A DNA stretch of 64,000 nt, from assembly GCF_009914755.1 (NCBI RefSeq), contig NC_060926.1; one strand, 5' to 3'. The notes under the pieces are model-generated. The model was not told the DNA's origin and ran no database searches. It saw nothing but the letters and a program-made list of their open reading frames with translations. The DNA is from the human T2T-CHM13v2.0 reference genome, Homo sapiens. This document shows positions 43,698 to 61,524 of this stretch, piece after piece. The translations under genes and the position numbers were made by a program. The stretch's first letter is position 1; each line of letters begins with the position of its first letter.

Positions 43698-44132
43698 TGT
43701 TAGTGGTTGAATTGTGTTCTCCAAAAACATACGTAGAAGTCCTAATCCCTGCCACCAGTGAATGTGATCATATTTGCAAACAGGGTATTTGCAAATATGT
43801 ATTCAAGTTAAGAGAAGCCATATCTTAATGTAGTATGATCAGTGCCCTTATAAAAAGAGGGAATTTGGACACACACAGGATGAATGCTATGAGAAGACAG
43901 AGGCAGAGATTGGAGTGATTTATCTACAAACCAAGGATTACCCAGGAATGTCAGCAGTCATCAGAAGTGAGGAAAGTGGCCTGGGTTCCCTTAGACTCCT
44001 TAAAAGGAACCACCTCCGTTGACACCTTGATTTCAGACATCTAGCTTCTAGAACTGTGGGAAAATAAGTGTCTGTTTTTCTCAGCCGCTCAGTTTGTGGT
44101 ACTTTGTTACAGCAGCCATAGGTAGTCAACAT
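43698..44132 (+). mobile_element. MLT1C-like MaLR solo LTR inserted in an antisense MIR
   Basis: ggttgaattgtgt...gaatgtga...cttataaaaagagg...cagaggcagagattggagtga...tttgtggtactttgttacagcagcc. Flanked by the direct repeat (t)atccc. Confidence 0.85.
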
Positions 44133-44701
44133 ATCCCTGAAACAAATAGGAAAATGATATCTAGAGAGGCTAAGTGCCTTGCATGGATAATGAAAGATCA
44201 AGCTTTGGAACCCAGCTCTGTCTGACTACAGGAGACAGCTATCCCCCTGCTGACAATGTGGCCTTCTCATGGGGTACTGCTTACATAACAAGAGATATTT
44301 AGATTACCAGTACCCTCCTTTAAATATTTGTGTTTTTGTTTTGTTGTGTTTTGTTTACCACCTAAAATATCTAGTATGGGACTGGGGGCAGATTCCTTAG
44401 TGCAAAGACAATGGGAAGGACTATTGAGAATATTCTCATATTCTGAAGATGAGATAATGTTTTTAATACTTGTTCTAAGAACAAACATTGACAATTCTAA
44501 CATTGACAATGTTTTTAATTCTTGTTATTATTATTATTGATACTTAATAACCTCCCTATATTCTTAAAAAGAATAATTCTTAGTTTTGAGGATTTTTCCT
44601 GAGCATAATTATACACAGCTATAAATACTATGCTATCAACATCCAGTGATGAGCAACTGGAAATTAACCTTAAACAGTGTGTTCTCTCCTATGTATGAAC
44701 A

Positions 44702-49689
<4,988 letters not shown>

Positions 49690-49745
49690 AACACATCCCT
49701 TTTCCAGTGCATTGTCCAAATTTTGTTAATTCTCTTTGGTGGAGC

Positions 49746-50375
49746 CCATACAGGCATTAAAAAAAGTTATTTAGGCAGATAGGGTAAGGATGTCCTCAGT
49801 AAGGTTTTCCTTTTAATGAAAAGCAGCCCCCAAATCATTTTTTTAAGAAAGAGCAACCTGTAAAATTGAGCTGCTGACATAGATAAGCAAGCTGGAAGCT
49901 TGCACAGGTGAATGCTAGCCGCTTTGCCAATAGGAAAAGGCTACCTGGGGGCCAGGAATGTTCAACATGGAGGCTTCTTCTTCCCTTTTCTTTGTCAACC
50001 ACATTTATGGCAAGAACAGACAACATGGCCCAGGCCAGAAAGAGACCCCATCTACATAATAAAAGATTAGTTTGGGGTGGCAGGCCTCTTTGTGCAATTT
50101 GTAAATGGCATAGCTGGTCCAACCAATCTTTGGGCCCTATGTAAATCAGACACCACCAACTCAAGCCAGTCTATAAAACCCATGCATTCTGCCGCGGGCC
50201 AGAAGACCCACTCAGGACACCCTCTCCACAGGAGAGAGAACTATTCTCTTTTCTCTTTCTTTTGCCTATTGAACCTCTGCTCTCAAACTCACCCCTTGTG
50301 AATGTCCATGTCCTTGATTTCCTTGGTATGTGGCACCAAACCTCAGGTGTTAACCCAGACAACGATGCCACTTCA
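49746..50375 (+). mobile_element. ERV1 solo LTR, LTR9-like
   Basis: atacagg...ttaggcagatag...gtaaggttttccttttaatgaaaagcagcccc... ending cagacaacgatgccacttca. CCAAT at ~50123 and tataaaa at ~50172. Confidence 0.75.
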
Positions 50376-51246
50376 GTTCTACACTCTATTGGGCTTTTAT
50401 CTGTCTAAGGCCATAAACTGGGCTTGGGAACAAAGTTTTTTCCAAGCTGTGTCTTGAACTGTTACTTACCAATGTTCCTTCCTCCAATGTGGTTGCAAAG
50501 TGCTTGCTTCTGCTCTCCTAGCCAGGTCAGAAATGGCCTTCGTCTGTGTACAACTGGTTTGTTGTGTTGTTCTTGTGGCTCCACCACATGCTCTTTTCTT
50601 TTGGGAGGGATAGGAATAGGGTTTGGGGAACTCCATTGTCGGAAAAAGCCTCCTTTGTAAGGATCTGAACTGAAACAGTTCTCTCACTGCATTGCAGCCA
50701 GATCACTTTGCAGTCCCACCATTAAACATTCTCCTGAAAACAATAGTTCAGGATGTGTGTTTGTTTAATCACTTCATGCTCACTAGAATGCTACAAATGC
50801 TTCACCTCTAATCACAGTTCCTAATAGTGCTCATCATGATTGCATACCACAATGAAAATTGAAGAGTCAGTTCCTCCTTTCTGAAGGTTCAGATACTTAG
50901 AATTCTAACATACAGGCATGGTGTTAAATACTTTGTTTATTCTCACAGTTGTTCCTTCTCTAACTGTTAGAAAAAGAAGATAGAACAGCAGATGGGCTAC
51001 TAAACCCATAACAATACTGTTTGAAATTCTTGTTTCCATTTCACACAAATTGGAATTTAATGAAAACATTTAAATATAAAATGTGTACAAATAGAAGAAC
51101 CTTGGGAAAAACTTTTCCATGAGGAAAATGAAAAATATGGTGAAAAGAAAGAGTCTCAAGACCTTTGGGAGAAACTAAGGTTACAGACATTTTTAAGTAA
51201 TTAAGCAATGTGTTAGTTGTGGCTCTCCACTACCAGCAATAGTCTT

Positions 51247-51646
51247 TGCTATGGTTTGAGTGTTTGTCCCCTATAAAATCTATGTTGAAACTTAAAACCC
51301 ATTTTGGCAGTAATGAGAGGTAGGGCTTTAAGAGGTGAATTGATTAATCCATTCATGAATTAAGGGACTAATGAGTTATTGGATTAATGAGTTACTGTGA
51401 GAGTGAGACTGGTGGCTTCAGAAGTAGAGGGAGGGAAACCTGAGCTAGCACACTCAGCCCCCTCACCAGGTGATGTCCCATAATGACTCAAGACTTCACA
51501 GTCACCACCAGCAAGAAGGCTCTCACCAGATGCAGCCTCTTAACCTAGGATTTCTCAGCCTTCATAACTGTCAGAAATAAATTTCATTTCTTTATAAACT
51601 ACCCAGTTTCAGGTATTGTTATAAGCAACACAAAATGGACTAATAT
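51247..51646 (+). mobile_element. MST (MSTC/D-like) MaLR solo LTR
   Basis: tgctatggtttgagtgtttgtccc...cagcaagaaggctctcaccagatg...aataaatttc...acccagtttcaggtatt...aatggactaa. Confidence 0.85.
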
Positions 51647-52201
51647 GGTCCTAATATTTTATTTTATTAGATGAAATGTTTTTCTAGATTGCTGAAATCA
51701 TGGATTGTAGGAAGCTAGGACTTTTAAGATGCCAAACATATATCCAATTACGTATTCTTTCCAAATATAAAACTTTGTAAATGAGTGTGCATGTGAGTGT
51801 GCTGTATGTGTATACGTGTCTGTGAGTGTGAGGGTTTATGTATGTGATGTTTGCTGCAAAGCTGCCAACTCTCATTCTTTCAGAATGAGGTGCTTCCATT
51901 TATTGTCTCAATTTCAATCTGCCTGGGGCCTAAAATAAAGAGAGTCACAATTGATTTCAGTTGGATATTTAGAAACTCATTCAGATTCTTTCTGAGTCAA
52001 TTAGATGATCACAAGTTGGCAGCTCAGTAAATTTCCTGCTGAGAACTAGATTGCAAGGGGGAAAAAAAACAAAGATATTATGTGCAATTGTTCATCAAGA
52101 ATCAAGAGTCATGGATGAGACCATAATTGAAACACCTGTTCTTATATTTGCTGGGGCCCATTTTGAGTACAAAGATGAAGAAAATACATCCATACTATAT
52201 C

Positions 52202-53100
52202 TGTGACAGAATAAGAAATATATATTTGGTCTCTGCCCTCATTTCTGATACAGAGCTTCTAAAATCCCTGTAATTTCCTGACTGTAATATCTTTTGTTAT
52301 AATATTTGGTCTTAGTCCTGGTTCCTGGCACAAGAGCTTCTAAGAACCTTCAAATCTCTGTAGTGATGTGTCTTTTTGCATGCTAATGAGATGACTGGTG
52401 GCTGTATTTCCTAGATACCATTAGGATGGGGCTAGTCACCAGATAGCGCAAGGCATGACTAAAGGATTGGAATGTTCAGCCCCTCTGACTTCGGGGGAGA
52501 GAAGAGCAGCTAGAGATTGACTTAATTATCAATATCCAATGATTTAATCAATCATGCCTATGTAATGAAGCCTCCACAAAAACTCTAAGCACAGGGTTTA
52601 AAGAGCTCCTGGGTTAGTGAACACATATATGTGCCAGGAGGGTGGCACACCCTCAGCTCCACAAAGACAGAGCTCCGGTGTTAAGGATGTTTTCAGACTT
52701 CATCTATGTACCTGTTCACTGTTCACCTGCATCCTTTGTAATATCCCTTGTAATAAACTAATACACATAAGTAAATGTTTCCCTAAGTTTTGAGAGCTGT
52801 TATAGCAAATTATTGAACTCAAGTTGGGAGTTGTGGGAACTCTTAATTTGCAGCCAGTAAGTCAGAAGTACAGGTGACAAACTGGGACCTGTGATTGGCA
52901 TTTGAAGTGGGGAGCAGTCTTGTGGCACTATGCCCTTTACCTGGGGGGTCTACACTAGCTTTGAGTAGTTAGTGACAGAATCAAATTATAAGACACACTG
53001 TTAGTGTCCAGAGAGTTAGAGAATTGAATGGTGTGGGAAAAAGACCCATATATTTTGTGTCAGAAATATAGGTATAGAATAACAGTTGTTTTGTTTTGTG
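52202..53100 (+). mobile_element. MER21 LTR (MER21A/B-like)
   Basis: aataagaaatatatatttggtctctgccc...atgctaatgagatgactggtggc...tgatttaatcaatcatgcctatgtaatgaagcctcca...gtcagaagtacaggtgacaa. Confidence 0.8.
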
Positions 53101-53104
53101 CTAA

Positions 53105-53506
<402 letters not shown>

Positions 53507-53874
53507 TGAGACACATGGTGAGACTGATTTAATCTGAAGCCAACAATGATTTGGGCTCCCTTTCTTGCTCTTGCTATATATTGAGAGAGTAAAAGGTCCT
53601 AAATAAGGTTTTAAAGATATTCAGAAGCACTGGCAAATATGAGTTGACACCATATTCCCATATCTGATAACAAGAGATAAATTCTAAACAATTTTATATA
53701 ATTCCATTATCTCCTCAGCAATGGCCTTGTCTCTGGGAATAATACTAGAATGCCTATTATTCTCTTATAAAACTAGTAGTCAATCATTATTGTTTTAGTA
53801 GCTACCAAGAAAGTTAAGTTTTTCAGTTAGGTTATTATTTTAAGTAAAGAAAAAACTAACTGGATTATTTAAAG

Positions 53875-54165
53875 CAGGGGTGAGCAAACTTTTCTGTAAG
53901 AGCCAGATTTTTTTAGACTTTACAGTCTCTGTGGCAACTAGTCAATTTGCCGTTGTATTGTGAAAGCACCTATATACATGTAACGGATGAATGTGCTTGT
54001 GTTCTAATAAAACTATACCGATGAACACTAGCATTTGAATTTTATATAATTTTCCAGGTCATAAAGTATTATTTTTCTTTGTTTAACGTAAAAATCATTC
54101 TTAGCTATAGGTTATACAAAAACAGACAGGATTTGGGCCCATAGGCCATAGTTTACTATCCACTG
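53875..54165. mobile_element. MER58B hAT-Charlie MITE
   Basis: TIRs caggggtgagcaaac / gtttactatccactg. 8-bp TSD atttaaag/atctaaag (7/8). Confidence 0.85.
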
Positions 54166-55514
54166 ATCTAAAGAATTAACACCGATTTGAACTACATCTC
54201 ACTAAATATCAATATTCTATTTTGCCTAACGCTCAGTGCTAAATGTCATAGGGATAAAAGGCCATGGCAATTAGAAAAAACAACACTGCTTTGTGTGCCA
54301 GAAAGCATTAACAATTCCTTTCACTGCATTCCTCCAAATCACAGAATTTATTGACTATCCCCTTGTCCGTGATTGAAGGATCTAAGGAAGGAAATTAATA
54401 CCTCAATTATTTGACAGGGCCAAGGAGAGATATTTTCTGACTAATGAAATATTTTAATCAACTAAAGGTTATCTGACTTAAGCATGAAGTCATTATTTGG
54501 GATGCAAGGACATGTGGAAGTCTCCTGAACATAAGAAGAACAATTTTATCAGCCACAAATCTTCCGTCTAGAAACCTAATTGTGGAACATTCTAGTAATA
54601 CACACACTTTGAAGACTCAATAACTAAAAAGGATAAAAAGGCTATGTTAAGAACGTATTCTATGTAAATATATAATATAAATATATAAAATATATAAACA
54701 TAATATAAATAGAATCTTTCAAATTTCTCTTCAAACAATAGTTAGCAGAAGTTTCTGATATTCACAGAATGAAAAGGTGTTTTTATAATTGAATCTGATT
54801 TAAAATGCAAAAAAACTAAAAGTGACTTTAAAAATCAAGAAGAATTTCAATGTTGTACAAATTAAAGAGTTTTTGCTAGAAAACTTTAATGTGGGAAGTT
54901 GTCTCCGCTGTTAAGTAACAAATCCAAAATGTAACATATTTTTTCTCTTAAATGAGGGGAGATAATATGGAAAAAAAAAGAAAGAGAGAAAGAGAACATT
55001 GCTTTTATTACAGTAAGTGAACAGGGAGCAGATGTTTAGCACCCATGACACAGTAGGCTTCCCTAGTTGAGATGTTGTTTTAACTGTCTGTCCTAGATGT
55101 GAGGAAGTTAAACAGTTACATCCTGGGTATTATATTATATTTCATAATATAAAACATAATACATATTACATATAAACATATTAAACATAATATATATTGG
55201 TTCTGTTTCTCTGGAGGATCCTAACTAATATACAGAAAATGTTTTGGAGTTTTGTAATGGAAAAGCCATTTTAATCTCAGATTTCAGCAAGGAAAAAATG
55301 TTCTGAAGTAAACAGACAATGAAATCTTCTTGTCACCATCACCACCACCATTACCATAGTCCATCAAATGCTATTTATGGCAGATTCAGCTGCAAGACCC
55401 TGATAGCAATTACAGAGAATTTAAAACAAACAAGCAAAGACCAAGCAAAATCTATGTTGTTAGAGAAAAGAGAACCTAAGGAATATCCCCCAAATACTTT
55501 GAATAAATTTTAGG

Positions 55515-55737
55515 TGTATTGATTAAGGCCTAGAAAGGAAGAAAAATGGCACACTCAAATGAGATAATTGAGGAAATTTTAATAAAGGGGCTATTTATTA
55601 CAACATAGAAAGAGGTTAGAAAAAGCCAGAAGGGAAGTGAAATATCTCAGGGTTCACATCCACTCTCACAAACTCCAGGCCAGAGGCAGCATGGTAGGAA
55701 TCAATTACTAGAACTTGGAGAAAGAATTTCAAGGTGT
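55515..55737 (-). mobile_element. LTR33-family (ERVL) LTR, 3' half
   Basis: tgtattgattaagg...atggcacactcaaat...aattgaggaaattttaataaaggggctattta is the reverse complement of the LTR33 3' end. Confidence 0.65.
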
Positions 55738-56453
55738 TGTAACCACCCAGTGGGTTCACTTTGCCCGCTGCCTAGACAGAGCCGATTTATCCAGACAGAG
55801 GAATTGCAATGGAGAAACAGTAATTCATGCAGAGCCAGCTGGGCAGGAGACTGGAGTTTTATTATTACTCAAATCAGTCTCCCCGAGGATTCAGAAATCA
55901 GAATTCTTAAAGATAATTTGGTGGGCAGGAATTTGGGAAGTGGAGAGTGTTGATTGGTGAAATCATAGGGGTCGAAGTGAGGTTTTCTTACTCTCTTCTG
56001 TTCCTGGGTGGGATGGCAGAACTGGTTGAGCCAGGTTACTACTCTGGGTGGTGTCAGCTGATCCATCCATTGCAGGGTCTGCAAAATATCTCAAGCACTG
56101 ATCTTAGGTTTTACAAGAGTGATGTTATCCCCAGGAGCAATTTGGGGAGCTTCAGACTCTTGTAGCCAGAGGCGAAATGACCCCTCAACTGTAATTTTTA
56201 ATCTTGTAGTTAATTTGTTAGTCCTAGAAAGGCAGACTGGTCCCCAGGCAAGAAGGCTGTCTTTTTAGGAAAAGTCAATCAATTTTGTTTCAGAGTCAAA
56301 CCATAAACTGAATTCCTTCTCAAGGTTAGTTCAGCCTATTCCCAGGAATGAACAAGGACAGCTTAAAGGTCAGAAGCAAGATGGAGGCCATTAGGTCTGA
56401 TCTCTTTCACTTTTATAATTTCCTCAGTTATAATTTTTGCAAAGGCAGTTTCA
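55738..56453 (-). mobile_element. LTR8 solo LTR (ERV1)
   Basis: tgtaaccacccagtggg...tttgcaaaggcagtttca. Clearly the reverse complement of 57124-57851. Confidence 0.92.
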
Positions 56454-56835
56454 CTACTTTCACATTTTCTTGATTGTCTACTTTCCTGGCTAAGAGTTTT
56501 TCCTATTCATTGTTCTGACCCTAAAATTTTCTCTTTGAGATTTCTCTTTGTGGTTTTTCTCTTCCGATTTGCTTCCTTTTGTGTCTTTCAGTTTAAGGAC
56601 ATGGAGGGAACACTTATAAATATGCTACCTCTGATATCTTGGAAAGAACTTCTTTTTATTCATTTGCATATGTCTCCATTTTCTAAATCTAAGGTCTCCA
56701 TGACCCTTGTGGTATATCTGTGCATTTTAAAATATGTGTTTATCAATTTGTATTCAAATACCTCATATATTTTACATCTCTGTACCATGGAATTTCCAGA
56801 GAAATTTTCATTTGGCACTTGGGAAATCATTCCAT

Positions 56836-57123
56836 TGTACATAGAATAGGTGCTAGTGTCTTTCATTTGCCCCTGTAGATGCACCCTTCCTTCATCCTTC
56901 TCTATCCTGTCCTTGCTCCAGAGGCTAATCCACATGGACTACAGCATAGAACTCTCTTGTCTACTAGCTTCTGGTTGGGTTTGTCCAATAGGGAGACCCA
57001 GGAGATTGGAGAGGAGGAATGTGAACTTGGTGTATCTATTCCCCAGCACCCTCTCTATCTGTGTGCTGTAGGTTGGCCCTATCCCTCTGTCAAAGGCCGC
57101 AGCTCGTAGCACGCAGCCCATCC
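56836..57123 (+). mobile_element. LTR33-family (ERVL) LTR, 5' half
   Basis: catttgcccc...gaggct...atggact...gcttctggttgggtttgtccaataggga...caggagattggag...tattcccc...aaggccgcagctc. The 5' boundary is approximate. Confidence 0.65.
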
Positions 57124-57851
57124 TGAAACCATCTTTGCAAACATTGTAACTGAGGAAATTATAAAACTGAAAGAGATCACACCTAGTGGACTCCATCTTG
57201 CTTCTGACCTTTAAGCTGTCCTTGTTCATTCCTGGGCATAGGCTGAACTATCCTTGAGAAGGAATTCAGTTTATCGTTTGACTCTGAAACAAAATTGGTA
57301 ATAACCCTTTCTCAAAAAGACACCCTTCTTGCCTGGGGACCAGTCTGCCTTTGTGGGACTAACAAATTAGCTACAAGATTAAAAATTACAGTTTAGGGGT
57401 CATTTCACCTCTGGCTGCAGGAGTCTGAAGCTCCCCAGATTGTTCCTAGGGATAACATAACTACTGTAAAACTAAGTTCAGTGCTGGAGATAACTTGCGG
57501 ACCCTGCAATGGATGGATCAGCTGACACCACCCAGAGTAGTAATCTGGCTCAACCAGTTCTGCCATCCCACCCAGGGATGGAAGAGAGTAAGAAAACCTC
57601 ACTTTGACCCCTTATGATCCCATCTCCAACCTGACAAATCAGCACTCTCCACTTCCTAAGCCACTACCTGCCAAATTATCTTTAAAAACTCTGATCCCTG
57701 AATGCTCCGGGAGACTGATTTGTGTAATAATAAACTCCAGTCTCCTGCACAGCCAGCTCTGCATGAATTACTCTTTCTCCATTGCAATTCCCCTGTCTCG
57801 ATAAATCAGCTCTGTCTAAACAGTAGCGAGTGATCCCATTGGGCAGTTACA
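57124..57851 (+). mobile_element. LTR8 solo LTR (ERV1)
   Basis: tgaaaccatctttgcaaa...aactgaggaaatt...cccattgggcagttaca. Confidence 0.92.
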
Positions 57852-58866
57852 GTAGTATCACAAAAGATGAAGGAAAGGTGGGTCAGAGTGAAGAAATACA
57901 ACCTTTTCAAAGCAACAGAGGAAAAAATAAAAGACCAAAAAAATTAAACGCCATCATCTTTGGAGAATTGTAAGTTTTAGAATTAGGGAGATAATACTAA
58001 ATGCTCATTCTTTGCATCCATATACTTAACTAAGTGGATACTTTTTTTGCCCAAAGGCATTATTATTTTCATAATTAAAACCAAAAACCAAAACCAACAA
58101 CAACAAAAGGTCTTGAACTGCCATTTCAATCCCATGATTTCAGGATGCCTATTCTCTTATTAGAGTCTGTGGGCCATACGGGCATACATGGCAGAGCTCC
58201 TAGCACAACAGAGGGCTTCAACAGGTGTTTGCTGAATTCATCTCAGGAACAAAAGTAGCCACAGATGAAGTAAACAACTCTTTGAGAAGCTGAATAGTGA
58301 AGGAAAAGTCGGATGAAAGGCCTAATGGGACCAAGAACTCTAACTCGGAACTAAGTTGCCACAAAGAAGAAAATTGTTTTTAAGTTACAAAATTTGCTTA
58401 TAATAGGGTACTTGTTTTGCTTGCCATTGCCTTGCCAGTAGTCAGTGAGTAACTATTAGACTGCATAAGACATATTGCAATGCTAATGAATGATAGAGGA
58501 AAGGAAGTCAGGCAGTCTGTAGGACTGGGCTCTTTGGCAAATAACTTAGTGGTGCAAATAGCAGAGCTGCCATAACCCAAGTGTACTCCAGCCCTGTGTA
58601 AGTATCCAAGAGGATTGAATTTAAAGGTTGAGTGAGGCATTGGTGGTTCTCAGCAAACAGCAATATTTGGAGTTAGGTAATGGAACCATGGTAATAGGTA
58701 GTCTTTCCCAGTTAAAATATATCACCATTTGCCAGCTGATTGTTATGGGAGCATCCTACATGGAATGGTTTGCAAGATTTGAGCAGGGTCTGGGCCTTAA
58801 ACTAGGGAAGGCCTATGATCTAAGTGACAGAACAAAGAACAATGTACTTGGTCGCACATATGAGGG

Positions 58867-59124
58867 CAGGCCCTACTTATCTATTACAAATGGTGCCTAG
58901 GACCTATGATACTTTTAGGAGTCCATAAATTTTTTATTTTTATTTTTTAAATTAGAATGAAAAATGCATATAAAAGTAATGAATATGTCATAAGGAATCC
59001 AGTCTGAATTGTATTTGTCTTTATACAAATATAGTTGTAAGAAAAATTTTCAATATTTTTTATGAAAGAAGGAGCACATAAAGGCAAAAATGTATAGGAT
59101 CCAAAAAAGTCCTTTGTGGCCCAG
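58867..59124. mobile_element. hAT-Tip100 non-autonomous element (ORSL-like)
   Basis: caggccc...gtgcctaggacctatgatacttttagg...gaatccagtctg...aaggcaaaa...gtggccc. Confidence 0.5.
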
Positions 59125-61071
59125 GAAGAGGTTAGAGAGAAAAGGCTGGGGTTCAGTGACCATGAGGAAACATGGGGCTCACCCCAGCACACTGGATCCT
59201 AGCTTTTTGTATGCAAACTCTCAATTCCACCTTTTCAACCTTGGAATTGGCTACAGATAGAGTGGTACAAAACCACCAACCATTCGGTACTTGAGGAAGC
59301 AAAGGCTTTGATCTATATTCTAGATATCCTCAGGGATATCTGAGCACAACAATTTAAATTCATGAATCTGACAAGACACAGGCCTGTGTAATCACCAACC
59401 ACTAGTCTTGTTTACAGACCAAATGCTGGTCTTCACAAGTCTCTCTACCCACTTGAAATGATTTCTAAGAGTCAAAGGTAATAGTAAAACCTAGAACTTG
59501 ATTTCTCCCACATCTCTGGTTTTTAAAAGTGACAGCAGTTATTTTCTAAGAATTATGGGTCAGAAGGTGAGATAGGGAAGTAACAATGAAGAAAGATTAA
59601 AGGAGAAGAAAGTTTTGTTGCTGAAAGATTTACATTTTTTTTTTAAATTGGTTCCCTGAACCTGTTTCCCATCAACGAAAATATAAAAGGGAGCAAATGA
59701 GGCAGCATTAGCCTTATTGATCATAAGGCTATCAATAAAAGCCTATCACCAAGAAGCCTTCTGTGTTCTCCATGTGTGGGGAAGAAAGCATTCTGACTGC
59801 TCTGGAAACATACTAAGGACCAATATAATCCTCCTCACCAGAATCACTTTTCAGCCCAGTGTGCACTCAGAATGCACAGAGCTCCATGTAAGAAATGAGG
59901 ATGTGACAGTCACTCAAGCCAAAGGAAGATCACTTTACCACAGACACCTGCACCAAGGCTAGAATGGAGATTTCACGACCATTTTTAGCTGCCGGTAGCC
60001 TTTTGAATGGGGACCCCAAGTACCCAAATTTAGTGGTTTGGTGGCATGTGTCATTCAAGGAATAGTCATCACTGAAACCAAAGGAAATTGTTTCTTTAAT
60101 AAGTCCTATGTTTGAAAGTGTTGTAATTAAATTGCCAAATATATCATCAAGTAAGTTTCTTATCAAAACTATATATGTGTGTGCTTTTGTTAGAATAAAG
60201 TATATAGAATTATTTTTTATTCCCTCTGAAAGGTTTATAACACAACAAATATCTAAGCTTTTTAACATTCAAAGCTTTATGGAATCTCACTAAGACACCC
60301 AAATGTGTCTATATTTCTGAACTTTCTACTGTCTTTCCACCTGACAGCATCAGACTGTCTAGAAATCTAGCTGAAATTCCCTTCAGATGGTCAGTATTAC
60401 AAAAGTAAATGTTGTGTGACCTTCAGGCAGCAGAATAACAATCCAACTTGTCAGGGTGGCAGCTGATCTGTCAATGATGTTTTTACTCAATGAAAAGCCC
60501 CTAGCGTAATTAAACATTTTCTAGGGCAAAGCAGAGCCATGAGTCATCCTACTAGAAACAATATCAAAGAGGATGGCAGAGAATGCCACTTACCAGGATC
60601 TTGTCACTCAGAGTAAGACTATATTTAGATAAGTTAAAGTTGAAATCTGAGCTGCGTTTGATGACAGATCCATGAGCACAACTGGACTACCGTTTACTTG
60701 AAATGCAGAATGGATAGCATTGCACTGACTCTGGGAAAAAACCAACTCAGCACCAAGAATGCCAAGTCATCAGAACCTGTCCTTCAAACCTGTTTGCTGA
60801 ACTTAGCTTGGTAACTTCAAATCAAGTAACTTAACGTTTTAAGAGTCCTAAGATAAAAGTGATCTAGGGTTGGCCTATCTTTGGACGTTACAAAATTCTG
60901 GGGCTGAAACTAGAGGAAGAAAAAAGAGTCTTAACAAGCCTTTAACAGTTGCGTGTAGATCATTAATAACTACCTAATGATAATTGCATATTTTACCATT
61001 TTACTTGAAGATAGTTAATTGTAAATAACAGAGAATATATAATGGGACACTCTTTGAAGGAAGCAGCTAGA

Positions 61072-61157
61072 AATCAAAATTAAATTAATCAAAATTTTGA
61101 TTAATTTAATCAAAATTAAATTAATCAAAATTTTGATTAATTTAATCAAAATTAAAT
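61072..61157. repeat. 36-bp AT-rich tandem repeat (2.4 copies) containing perfect 32-bp palindromes
   Basis: Unit aatcaaaattaaattaatcaaaattttgattaattt at 61072 and 61108, partial at 61144. Confidence 0.95.
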
Positions 61158-61266
61158 CTGTGCATCTGAATGTATTTGGTCTACTAAAATACAAAACTTT
61201 AACTGACATCAGCCATATCTATAGAATACAAAAGAATAGATTTAAAGTTGAATCATTCAAAATGCT

Positions 61267-61524
61267 AAACACTGCATGTTCTCACTCATAGGTGGGAATT
61301 GAACAATGAGAAAACTTGGACACAGGAAGGGGAACATCACACACTGGGGCCTGTTGTGGGGTGGGGGGAAGTGGGAGGGATAGCATTAGGAGATATACCT
61401 AACGTAAATGACGAGTTAATGGGTGCAGCACACCAACATGGCACATGTATACATAAGTAACAAACCTGCATGTTGTGAACATGTACCCTAGAACTTAAAG
61501 TATAATAAAATAATAATAATAATA
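61267..61524 (+). mobile_element. 5'-truncated L1PA4/5-like 3' end
   Basis: catgttctcactcataggtgggaattgaac...ggagatatacctaa...ccctagaacttaaagtataata and a (taa)n tail. Perfect 12-bp TSD attcaaaatgct (61255-61266, 61525-61536). Confidence 0.92.

Noticed and set aside
55738-57851. LTR8 pair as a single provirus or TIRs of a DNA transposon
   Set aside because: Proviral LTRs are direct repeats, not inverted. The spacer is older LTR33/L1-like DNA with no PBS/PPT or transposase, and the outer flanks (gtgt/gtag) are not a clean TSD.
61015-61291. ORFs with repeated LIKLIKILINL
   Set aside because: They are translations of the palindromic 36-bp tandem repeat.
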